DNA of 64,000 nucleotides from Eledone cirrhosa (Eukaryota), in the NCBI GenBank assembly GCA_964016885.1, contig OZ024742.1, positions 112,344,001 to 112,408,000 on the forward strand, given 5' to 3'. Made by a program: the position numbers and the translations under genes. Below, piece after piece: positions 27,201 to 38,915 of the stretch. Within the stretch, counting starts at the first letter, position 1. The number at the start of each line of letters is the position of its first letter. Below the pieces are notes generated by a model that was not told the origin of the DNA, made no database searches, and was given only the letters and a program-made list of their open reading frames with translations.

Positions 27201-27827
27201 TCTATATTCACATATATATCGCTATTTCAGAGCATTTATTCCAATTTCTAATTTCTGCCGGACCGGCAACCGCTCTTTCAAACCAGTTCCTGTACACAGC
27301 TAAGTATTCTATAAGTCTCTAGCTGTGTCATTCTCGATAAAAGCACTGGATATGTGGTCCTGATGATTTCTAACGAGAATGAAACGCGTAGATTACTTCC
27401 CTTGCTTTTATCGAGAATCTAATTGTAATACGTGACGTATTCTATTCTATAGCGATTAGGTCTTCAAAATGTTTATTATAAACATACAGAATATTTTCGA
27501 ATATTCTATGTCTATATTCACATATATATCGCTATTTCAGAGCATTTATTCCAATTTCTAATTTCTGCCGGACCGGCAACCGCTCTTTCAAACCAGTTCC
27601 TGTACACAGCTAAGTATTCTATAAGTCTCTAGCTGTGTCATTCTCGATAAAAGCACTGGATATGTGGTCCTGATGATTTCTAACGAGAATGAAACGCGTA
27701 GATTACTTCCCTTGCTTTTATCGAGAATCTAATTGTAATACGTGACGTATTCTATTCTATAGCGATTAGGTCTTCAAAATGTTTATTATAAACATACAGA
27801 ATATTTTCGAATATTCTATGTCTATAT
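24210..27827 (+). repeat. 310-bp tandem array, inverted right arm (~11.7 units)
   Basis: Reverse complement of the left-arm unit; junction GAAAGAGCG|TATAAGTCTC at 24209/24210; ends in (TA)n. Confidence 0.95.
24248..24300 (+). ncRNA. Minimal type I hammerhead ribozyme of the 310-bp unit (representative copy)
   Basis: GGAtatGTGGTC-CTGATGA-tTTCT AACG AGAAt-GAAAC GC GTA-GATTACtTCC; palindromic stem III ACGCGT; predicted cleavage after 24290. Confidence 0.92.
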
Positions 27828-27849
27828 ATACATATATATATATATAAAT

Positions 27850-27900
<51 letters not shown>

Positions 27901-27903
<3 letters not shown>

Positions 27904-28319
27904 TTTTCACCGCCCACCCCACACTAACAATACTAACACCTCCACTCCACCCCTCATCTAACCACCCTTCCCCAACTAACATACTAACATCCCTTCCCCC
28001 CCCTCTTCTCCTCCCCTCCTCCTTATCACACGCACACACTTACACCACCCACCCCACACGCAACTAACATCACTAACACCCTCCAACCCCACGCACACGT
28101 ACCCACACACCCTCGTACACCACCAACTCTACACACCCTACCCCAACTAACCCCCACTCACACCTGCATTCCACCCCTCCCCACCTCCCGTCTACTAACA
28201 CCCACTAACACCTCCTCACCAAACTACACACACACCAGTACACCACACTCCCTCCATAGAACCACACACACCCTTCTCTCCCCACTCCACACTCACTCAT
28301 CCCACTAACACCCCTACTA

Positions 28320-28366
<47 letters not shown>

Positions 28367-29316
28367 CCTCACTCCAACTCTCATACCTACCCATCCTCGC
28401 CTCCCTACCATTCCGCTGACTGCTGCTATGCCCTTCCGACCACTGTCTCAGCACCAACTGACCACAGCACTTCCACTGCTGACCACTTCCTGTTGCGCGC
28501 GCAACCCACATCTCTCCTCTTCCGACCACCGCTTCTTGGATTACCCACACGCGTTTTGACTTCCAACCAAAATCTCCATACATCCGTGTAACTTACCACT
28601 TTCAACCATCCTCTAACACCATCACCTATATAACTCACCCACACACACATCCCAAAACAAATTTTTTTATCAACACGCCACCCACACCCACAACACGCTT
28701 AAACCACACACACGTGCTTCCCACCACATATTTACACCCTCAGCCCCCTGATTCCTCTCCCCCCACCCCCTATCCACACACGCACATACCCTCCGACACA
28801 CAAACCCCCCCCCCCCACACACACCTTCCTGAACATGCAACTCCGTTCTTCTCCCAACCCTCACTTTCACATACACACACACACACACGCACGCACACCT
28901 AACCACACACCCCAACTTCAGCCCTCCCCGCCCGGACACCCCGTCTCCCTCTCCCCACTCCACACGCCTCCACCTCTACTCACCCCACACCCTTCCACCA
29001 CCTGTTTACCCCCCTTTTAATTTCAGTTTATTTTGATCATGCCTTTATTTTTAAATGTTCTCATTCCTTGTATTTTGATCATGCTTTATTTTTATTTATT
29101 ATTTATTATATTTTTGTCTTTATTTGTTAATTTTTCATTCGCACCGTTTCCTTTCGCTATATGTCTCTCAACCACTACCCTACACACCTTTTGAACTCTT
29201 ACCTGAAGAAGGGCTTATGCCCGAAACGTCGTCCTCCACCTACCCCCCACTCTCCTGAGCGTGAATCTAATAAACATTTGTCGTACTGCCTCTCTGTTCT
29301 GTCCCTGTTCAATTTT
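27901..29316 (+). mobile_element. C/A-skewed non-coding retroelement 3' region with terminal hammerhead-like core (PLE-like)
   Basis: Strong C/A strand bias. AC-CTGAAGA-aGGGC TTAT GCCC-GAAACGTC-GT at 29201-29232, then AATAAA and (TA)n. Stem I is weak. Confidence 0.55.
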
Positions 29317-29317
29317 T

Positions 29318-29352
<35 letters not shown>

Positions 29353-29409
29353 TAGATAGATATATATATATATAAATGTATATATATATACATATATATA
29401 TATATATAC

Positions 29410-30698
29410 ACAAATATAAATTATCGAGAATCGTATTTCGGCTTATGAAATAACGAAAAACAACTTCCGAGATATGTGGCAAGTGCTCAATGATTCAAAT
29501 GAACCAGAGCTATAACAAACGTTAAAGGCCAAAAACACCGAGACGATGGTTAAACAATCATCCGCACGGCCCAAAAAACGATCAAGTAATTCGGGTCAAA
29601 CAATTCAAAATATATGTGATTGAAAATTTACCCGGACCCCTGGAAGGTTGGTAAAATCCAGCATTTGGGGTTCTGCGACTCCTAAATAAAGTACTGTCCG
29701 CTTACATAAATATTGTTAGGCTACTGGTAAGATGATTGAACAAGAAAGCCGCTTTTTCAACAGGTTTTATTTCAATGCTAATTTAAGGAATGATAATTAC
29801 TGACCCCACGTGGGGATCGGCAAGGGAGGCAACCATTATTTTAGGCGAATGAAGTTTGGTTGTGTATATTATTGTAAGAATTCAAAACATCACAAATCGA
29901 ATAGAGTTCTCTACAGAAAGGTTAAAATTAACATAAGCTATTCATCAGTCAATAGAATCAACTAAAAAATCAAGAGAATTAACTGGTCAATAGCTGGAGT
30001 CTGGAGATTGATACAAATATAAATGATCAAGAATCGTATTTCGGCCTATGAAATAACGAAAAACAACCTCCGAGATGTGGGGCAAGTGCTCATTGATTCA
30101 AATGAACCAGAGCTATAACAAACGTTAAATGCCAAACACACTGAGACGATGGTTAAACAATCATCCGCACAGCCAAAAAAAACGATCAAGTAATTCGTGT
30201 CAAACAAGTAAAAATATATGTGATTTAAATTTACCCGGACCCCTGAAAGGTTGGTAAAATCCAGCATTTGCGTTTCTGCGACTCCTTAACCAAGTACTGT
30301 CCTCTTACATAAATAATGTTAGGCTTCTGGTAAGATGATTGAACAAGGAAGCCGCTTTTTCAACAGGTTATAGTTGGAGACGCAAGACATGGCTGCGATG
30401 ATGAGGGACAGAGACCGCTGGAGAGAACTCGTCCATTGATCTCGGGAATTTTACCCGCGTTAGATAGATAGATAGTTCAATGCTAATTTAAGGAATGACT
30501 ATTACTGACCCCACGTGGGGTTAGGCAAGGGAGGCAACACTTATTTTAGGCGAATGAATTCAGTTGTGTATATTATTGCAAGAATGCAAAACATCACAAA
30601 TCGAATAGAGTTCTCAACAGAAGGGTTAAAGTTAACATAAGCTATTCATCAGTCAATCGAATCAAGTAAAAAATCAAGAAAATTAACTGATCAATAGC
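29410..30698. repeat. Tandem duplication of a ~600-bp unit (29410-29995, 30011-30698)
   Basis: Both copies run ACAAATATAAA..ATC.AGAATCGTATTTCGG through GTCAATAGCT; the second contains a ~100-bp RTE tail insertion. Confidence 0.85.
30373..30476 (+). mobile_element. RTE 3'-end fragment with (TAGA)n tail
   Basis: GACAGAGACCGCTGGAGAGAACTCGTCCAT.GATCTCGGGAATTTTACC matches the 3' end of the RTE at 433-560; absent from the first copy of the duplication; ATAGTT at both ends may be a TSD. Confidence 0.8.
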
Positions 30699-30815
30699 TA
30701 TATATATATACATATATGCATATATATATATATATACATGTATATATATACATATATATATACATATATATATAAATATATATGTATATACATGTATATA
30801 TATATATGTATATAC

Positions 30816-31019
<204 letters not shown>

Positions 31020-31513
31020 ATATATATGATGAAACACAGATACCAACACATCTGTATATATATTGCAAAAGAAAATTTAGCCAGAATGAAAGATACTAAT
31101 TATTATACTACAGTTTGTCCATATCGATTTAAAATAATAAATCAACAAAAACGAACTGCATTGCCAAAAGGCTATGATGTTTAGACACATTTAAATTTCA
31201 AAATCAAACCTGTTCCGTAGATAAGTTTAAACTTTAAAATCCAAATATGTTTCGAGATAAATAAGTGTAGGAATATAATGTCCTGCTCTCCTCAGTAAAC
31301 ATCCAGGGACAAATTGATATGCCTCACTTCTAAATAATTTAAAAGACTGTGTGACGCACATGGTTTAACAGTTTCTGGCTAGTCTCATAACAGTACTGCT
31401 AGAAATAACAGTCGTATATATGAGGCGGCTTTCAGCTCAGACTAGGAGCAGTTATATTATTAAGAGTAAGGAATTCTTTTACAATGGAATTAGCTCGAAG
31501 GAGGAAAATCCCC

Positions 31514-31547
<34 letters not shown>

Positions 31548-31570
31548 ATATATATACCTATATATATATC

Positions 31571-34126
31571 CATTGACATGGATACCTTTCTAAACAAACT
31601 GCGCACCACTAACGGGATTATTGTCAAAGCGGATAAAACATCTAACGTGTACAAAATTGACATTAATACTTACTACGACCTCATACGAAAGGAATTACAT
31701 AAACACATATAAGAAAACCAATAACAAAGCACTACTTAACATCAACAAACAAGCACGCCATATTGTCAAAAGTCTAGAACTTGAAGATAGACCTGAGCCC
31801 ATGACAACTTGCACCCCCACCTTTAATCTTAAGGACCACAAATTAGTTTTCCTAGATAATCCCACTATTAGATTAATATGCCCATCTAAGTCAGACATAG
31901 ATAAAATTAGCAAGCATATTTTAGATAGAATAATAATACAATTAAGGAATAAACTAGTTATTAACCTTTGGGACAATACTAGCGACACAATTAAATGGTT
32001 TAATAGTATAGATAACAAAAATACCTCTAACTTTATACAATTCGACATTAATGACTATTACTCCTCCATATCACCCGATACACTAAACAAGGCACTAGAA
32101 TTTGCGAAAGCCAACTCTGACTTAACCGACGACGAAATAAACATTATCCTAGCAGCTAGAAAGACGATAATTAAATTTGAAAATAACTTTTGGATACGTA
32201 AGGATAGAATAGATAATTTGACATAACTATGGGTGCTAATGACTCAGCACAAGTTACGGATATTGTTGGTATATACATAGCCCACACCTTACATAATAAA
32301 GTTAGTCACCTTCAAGGCGGAATATATAGAGATGACGCTCTCCTATCAGTTAAAAACATGAATAAACAAAACATAGAACGAATCCGTAAGAGCATTAGAA
32401 GAACCCTAGATCGCCTCGGCCTTAAAACCACCTACGAATATAGTACCAAAGTAGTTAACTTCCTAGATGCCACCTTCAACCTCAACACCCAAATTATCAC
32501 ACCCTTTCACAAAAAACAATGAGAACCTCAACTACATCCACACTAGCTCTAACCACCCACTATCTATTATAAGGTCCGTACCACATAGTATATCACTTAG
32601 AATATCCCACCTCTCATCTAACCAACAAATATTCAATCAACACGCTGAATACTACAACACTGCATTAGAACGGGCTGGCCACACCGACAAACTAGAATAC
32701 ATGGACCCAAACAACCATAAAACACATAACCACAGACACGCCAAACGCCCCACAAACACCCGCACACACGCACCTAGACCCCCTAATACTAACCACACCA
32801 CAAATAAAACTGCAACATCAAAGCAAAACAGAACACGGAGTAGATCTTACATTTTGTATAATCCTATTTTTAACTCTTCTATTAGCTCTAACTTACCTTC
32901 CACATTCTACAAAATTATAAAAAAAACACTTTCCAAATTCCCATAAATATAATAGTATACTTAATACCAAAACAATTAGACTATCTTATTCCACTGCACC
33001 AAACCTAGACGCACACATTAAGATGCTCAACGCCAAAAAACTCCGTAACAACAACAGCCCAATCACTCAACACAATAATACACCTAATACACAACCACCC
33101 ACTAACAATCAGTATGCACAAAACACACTCACACACACATCCCAACCCACCTATAACTCCACAATTGCCCATAACAGAAATTGTAATTGCCACCTTCCAG
33201 AGACTTGTCCATTGAATAACGAATGTTTGCATTCAAACCAAGTGTACAGGTCCTCGGTTGAGTCGGGCAACCAAACCTGGCACTACATAGGCAGCACTGC
33301 AAACACCTTCAAAACTCGTTCGTACACGCATCGTTACGCATTAAATCTCCACCAACACCGTTACGTAACGACTCTCGCCGACAAAATTTGGCACTTAAAA
33401 GGGAGTAACCGACAATACACCCTTAAATGGACCAAACTCTCACATGCTCCTCCATACCGGAGTGGGATGAAAATGTGCCCGTTGTGTAATAATTAGCTCT
33501 TCCATATCCTAAGCTCAAGCCACCAACTACTCAACAACAAAATTGAAAGGTCAATTTTTTGCCAGCATTAACTGAAGGCGAAATTCTCACACTTCAAACC
33601 TTCAACCAAATCCTAACACTACCTATCTTTCTACCCTAAATAACAATTATACACCCCTAAAAATAGACTATATATGAAATTTAATACTTTCTTCCTTCAT
33701 CTATTCTCTGGTAAGACTTTCGCCTGTCCACTTCCAAATGCCTCTTAAAATTCTATCTTCCTTCTCTCTCCCTCTACTCATCACAACTTTTAGCACATAA
33801 CCCTCCTTTCCCTCCCTATACAAATCCTCTCACACAACACTATCTCTTTCTCTTTCTCTCCCTACCTCCACCCCTTTTCTCTCTCTCTCTCCTCTCTTTT
33901 GCCCCTCTCTCTCTCTGTTCCTCTATCTTACACTACTACCCCTTATTTCATTTCCTAAGATCATTCCAACTTTGTAATTTGAAAATTCAGATGCTACAGT
34001 ATCTTTCTTGATTGCCTATTATAACATAGTGTAGCAATAATGGACTGAAATTCTGATGAAACAATTGTTAATAGGTGGAATAAATTATTTTGTAACTGTT
34101 TACCTTCGTCCTATTTCTCTTCTTTG
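31571..34126 (+). mobile_element. Naiad-clade Penelope-like element (RT + GIY-YIG), 5'-truncated and frameshifted
   Basis: KADKTSNVY, RLICPSKSDI, FIQFDINDYYSSI, MGANDSAQ, GIYRDDAL, NFLDATFNL, YIHTSSNHP, CNC....CPL...C, YIGSTANTFKTR, CPLC; pyrimidine-rich 3' UTR ending at (TA)n. Confidence 0.88.
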
Positions 34127-34221
<95 letters not shown>

Positions 34222-34276
34222 TATATATATACACATATATACATATATACATATATATAAATATATATGTATGTAT

Positions 34277-34358
<82 letters not shown>

Positions 34359-34359
34359 G

Positions 34360-34438
<79 letters not shown>

Positions 34439-34602
34439 ATATATATATATATATACATGTATATATATATATATGTATATATGTATATATATATAGCTAT
34501 TGACCAGTTAATTTTCTTGATTTTTTACTTGATTCTATTGACTGATGAATAGCTTATGTTAACTTTAACCCTACATAAATATATACATATATACATATAT
34601 AC

Positions 34603-34646
<44 letters not shown>

Positions 34647-34790
34647 AAAGTTATATTTAAATTGTTGGGTTAACAACGAGTAAATATTTATAACTGATAT
34701 GAAATATTTTTTACTGCCAAATCAACTTCCCAAATGCAAGTCGATTGAAAGGTATGTCGTATCTATATATTTATAAGACTGTTTATATTG

Positions 34791-34856
34791 TATTTTGTCT
34801 GAAGAAGGCATAACATATTGTTAATATGATATCCCTGAAATATATATAATGAAATA
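34791..34856 (+). ncRNA. Type I hammerhead ribozyme
   Basis: TATTTTGT-CTGAAGA-AGG(long stem II)CCT-GAAAT ATAT ATA-ATGAAATA; stem I pairs with G-U wobbles. Confidence 0.7.
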
Positions 34857-34916
34857 AATATGGTTTTATAAATATAGTTTCCATTTATTTAATATCATAT
34901 ATATATATATATATAT

Positions 34917-35110
34917 AACGAAGGAAATGTGGTAAGGAATCAGGTGGACCATAACGCACCAAAGTACTCAATACTTAGGGTAGTAGAGTGGGTAATAGGA
35001 ACAAGTAAGACCCCGACGGCTGAGCTCAAGCCGTTTCGACGGCTAATTCTGTACAGAATTAGCCGTCGAGACGGCTTGAGCTCAGTCGTCGGGTCTTAAT
35101 TGTTCCTATA
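34917..35110. mobile_element. Small PLE-type element with a palindrome made of two HHR 3' halves (related copy 45914-46092)
   Basis: 34996-35109 is a near-perfect inverted repeat centred on AATTCTGTACAGAATT; each arm has GA(A/G)AC-GGCTTGAGCTCAG(C/T)C-GTC. Confidence 0.65.
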
Positions 35111-35133
35111 CATATATATATATATATATATTA

Positions 35134-35195
<62 letters not shown>

Positions 35196-35201
<6 letters not shown>

Positions 35202-37424
35202 TGAAACAAAATGAAAACGAAATTTCATTTCTCACTCTTAGTATGGCACTTACTTAAATGTAAGTATGCATGTATACGTACATACATATATGTATACAGA
35301 CGTACAGTAGCATGCACATATATATATATATATATACACATATACATACATATGCATACAGGTACACATACATATATGCACGTATCAGTTTAGCGGCGCT
35401 AACGTCGCTTTGTTCGTTTGTAAACAAACTGAACAGCCTCAATTTATGCCATACGGTGTTAAGGCAACCACGTCACCTTTTTGTTCAACACTGACACAGT
35501 AACGATGTACTAGTTTCAAGCTTGTTAGCTATCATCAGCACCGTTTACCCATCTGCCAGATAGTTGAACGTTCGAAAGTATATACTTTCCTTATGAAAAT
35601 TAACGGCTGAGCAGCCTAATTTGCATATTGAGTGAGTTAAATCGGTCAGGCATACCGAAAACGATAAATTGAATCAGAATGAAAACGAAATTTCATTTCT
35701 CACTCTTAGTATGGCACTTACTTAAATGTAAGTATGCATGTTTACGTACAAACATATATGTATACAGACGTACAGTAGCATGCACATATATATATATATA
35801 TATACATATATACATACATATGCATACAGGTACACATACATATATGCACGTATCAGTTTAGCGGCGCTAACGTCGCTTTGTTCGTTTGTAAACAAACTGA
35901 ACAGCCTGAATTTATGCCATACGGTGTTAAGGCAACCACGTCACCTTTTTGTTCAACACTGACACAGGAACGATGTACTAGTTTCAAGCTTGTTAGCTAT
36001 CATCAGCACCGTTTACCCATCTGCCAGATAGTTGAACGTTCGAAAGTATATACTTTCCTTATGAAAATTAACGGCTGAGCAGCCTAATTTGCATATTGAG
36101 TGAGTTAAATCGGTCAGGCATACCGAAAACGATAAATTGAAACAAAATGAAAACGAAATTTCATTTCTCACTCTTAGTATGGCACTTACTTAAATGTAAG
36201 TATGCATGTATACGTACATACATATATGTATACAGACGTACAGTAGCATGCACATATATATATATATATATACACATATACATACATATGCATACAGGTA
36301 CACATACATATATGCACGTATCAGTTTAGCGGCGCTAACGTCGCTTTGTTCGTTTGTAAACAAACTGAACAGCCTCAATTTATGCCATACGGTGTTAAGG
36401 CAACCACGTCACCTTTTTGTTCAACACTGACACAGTAACGATGTACTAGTTTCAAGCTTGTTAGCTATCATCAGCACCGTTTACCCATCTGCCAGATAGT
36501 TGAACGTTCGAAAGTATATACTTTCCTTATGAAAATTAACGGCTGAGCAGCCTAATTTGCATATTGAGTGAGTTAAATCGGTCAGGCATACCGAAAACGA
36601 TAAATTGAATCAAAATGAAAACGAAATTTCATTTCTCACTCTTAGTATGGCACTTACTTAAATGTAAGTATGCATGTTTACGTACAAACATATATGTATA
36701 CAGACGTACAGTAGCATGCACATATATATATATATATATATACATATATACATACATATGCATACAGGTACACATACATATATGCACGTATCAGTTTAGC
36801 GGCGCTAACGTCGCTTTGTTCGTTTGTAAACAAACTGAACAGCCTGAATTTATGCCATACGGTGTTAAGGCAACCACGTCACCTTTTTGTTCAACACTGA
36901 CACAGGAACGATGTACTAGTTTCAAGCTTGTTAGCTATCATCAGCACCGTTTACCCATCTGCCAGATAGTTGAACGTTCGAAAGTATATACTTTCCTTAT
37001 GAAAATTAACGGCTGAGCAGCCTAATTTGCATATTGAGTGAGTTAAATCGGTCAGGCATACCGAAAACGATAAATTGAAACAAAATGAAAACGAAATTTC
37101 ATTTCTCACTCTTAGTATGGCACTTACTTAAATGTAAGTATGTATGTATACGTACATACATATATGTATACAGACGTACAGTAGCATGCACATATATATA
37201 TATATATATATATACATATATACATACATATGCATACAGGTACACATACATATATGCACGTATCAGTTTAGCGGCGCTAACGTTCGCTTTGTTCGTTTGT
37301 AAACAAACTGAACAGCCTGAATTTATGCCATACGGTGTTAAGGCAACCACGTCACCTTTTTGTTCAACACTGACACAGGAACGATGTACTAGTTTCAAGC
37401 TTGTTAGCTATCATCAGCACCGTT
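35196..37424 (-). repeat. 468-bp tandem array, left arm (~4.8 units), HHR on minus strand
   Basis: Unit starts at 35196, 35664, 36132, 36600, 37070; each contains the reverse complement of the HHR at 37522. Confidence 0.93.
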
Positions 37425-37451
37425 AATTTCAGCTGCTCACCGTTAATTTCA

Positions 37452-38279
37452 GCTGCTCAGCCGTTAATTTTCATAAGGAAAGTATATACTTTCGAACGTT
37501 CAACTATCTGGCAGATGGGTAAACGGTGCTGATGATAGCTAACAAGCTTGAAACTAGTACATCGTTCCTGTGTCAGTGTTGAACAAAAAGGTGACGTGGT
37601 TGCCTTAACACCGTATGGCATAAATTCAGGCTGTTCAGTTTGTTTACAAACGAACAAAGCGACGTTAGCGCCGCTAAACTGATACGTGCATATATGTATG
37701 TGTACCTGTATGCATATGTATGTATATATGTATATATATATATATATATGTGCATGCTACTGTACGTCTGTATACATATATGTATGTACGTATACATGCA
37801 TACTTACATTTAAGTAAGTGCCATACTAAGAGTGAGAAATGAAATTTCGTTTTCATTTTGTTTCAATTTATCGTTTTCGGTATGCCTGACCGATTTAACT
37901 CACTCAATATGCAAATTAGGCTGCTCAGCCGTTAATTTTCATAAGGAAAGTATATACTTTCGAACGTTCAACTATCTGGCAGATGGGTAAACGGTGCTGA
38001 TGATAGCTAACAAGCTTGAAACTAGTACATCGTTCCTGTGTCAGTGTTGAACAAAAAGGTGACGTGGTTGCCTTAACACCGTATGGCATAAATTCAGGCT
38101 GTTCAGTTTGTTTACAAACGAACAAAGCGACGTTAGCGCCGCTAAACTGATACGTGCATATATGTATGTGTACCTGTATGCATATGTATGTATATATGTA
38201 TATATATATATATATATGTGCATGCTACTGTACGTCTGTATACATATATGTATGTACGTATACATACATGCATACTTAC

Positions 38280-38281
<2 letters not shown>
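37452..38281 (+). repeat. 468-bp array, inverted right arm (~1.8 units)
   Basis: Reverse complement of the left-arm unit; ends in (TA)n. Confidence 0.93.
37522..37566 (+). ncRNA. Minimal type I hammerhead ribozyme of the 468-bp unit (representative copy)
   Basis: AACGGTG-CTGATGA-tAGCT AACA AGCTt-GAAAC TA GTA-CATCGTT; palindromic stem III ACTAGT. Confidence 0.92.
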
Positions 38282-38318
<37 letters not shown>

Positions 38319-38350
38319 CATACATATATATATATATTTATACACCCACA

Positions 38351-38408
<58 letters not shown>

Positions 38409-38415
38409 CATACAC

Positions 38416-38446
<31 letters not shown>

Positions 38447-38608
38447 CATATATACATATATATACATATATACATATAAGTATCTTTTGAAACAGTGAGC
38501 AGGTTTGAAATTAGAAAATTGAATAGCTTTCACCGTATTTTTGACTAAAGGAATTTTAGCCTGATAATGGGGTTTAGAACCCTCAGATAAATGGAAAAAG
38601 ATGAGTAT

Positions 38609-38679
38609 TGACGTACATGGGAGTCGAACCCACGTCTTTGGTTATCGCGACCACTGTGCTACCATTACACCAACACATC
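38609..38679 (-). pseudogene. tRNA-like sequence (tRNA pseudogene or SINE head)
   Basis: Cloverleaf GATGTGT/GTACGTC, D arm GTGT-AATGGTA-GCAC (A box), anticodon arm TGGT/ACCA, T arm GTGGG-TTCGACT-CCCAT (B box); several G-U pairs and no U33. Confidence 0.7.
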
Positions 38680-38729
38680 ACCCATATATATATATACATA
38701 TACATATACACACACACACACACACACAC

Positions 38730-38803
<74 letters not shown>

Positions 38804-38806
<3 letters not shown>

Positions 38807-38854
38807 TATGTATGTATACGTACATACATATATGTATACAGACGTACAGTACCA

Positions 38855-38915
<61 letters not shown>

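Noticed and set aside
17105-27827. CRISPR array or ordinary centromeric satellite
   Set aside because: No unique spacers or cas genes; every unit holds a full hammerhead and the array has insertion-like ends in (TA)n
29895-29960. Hammerhead in the ~600-bp duplicated unit (minus CTGATGA-ATAG...CTATT)
   Set aside because: No GAAA after the putative stem II and no clear stem I
33170-33500. Selenocysteine recoding, as reported for some Naiad PLEs
   Set aside because: The conserved Cys positions are ordinary TGT/TGC codons, and ORF breaks are frameshifts or TAA/TAG
34014-34077. Hammerhead in the Naiad 3' end (CCTATT...GAAACAATTGTT-AATAGG)
   Set aside because: Stem I and III candidates exist but no CTGANGA core follows the 5' strand of stem I; too degenerate to call
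37908-37915. Octamer ATGCAAAT in the 468-bp unit as an snRNA-type promoter element
   Set aside because: A single 8-mer in AT-rich DNA with no recognisable PSE; could be chance
35211-38125. Repeated 60-133 aa ORFs ([10 protein letters not shown]..., [10 protein letters not shown]...) in the 468-bp unit
   Set aside because: They lie antisense to the ribozyme, run through a variable microsatellite, change frame between units and are broken by a stop in A-type units
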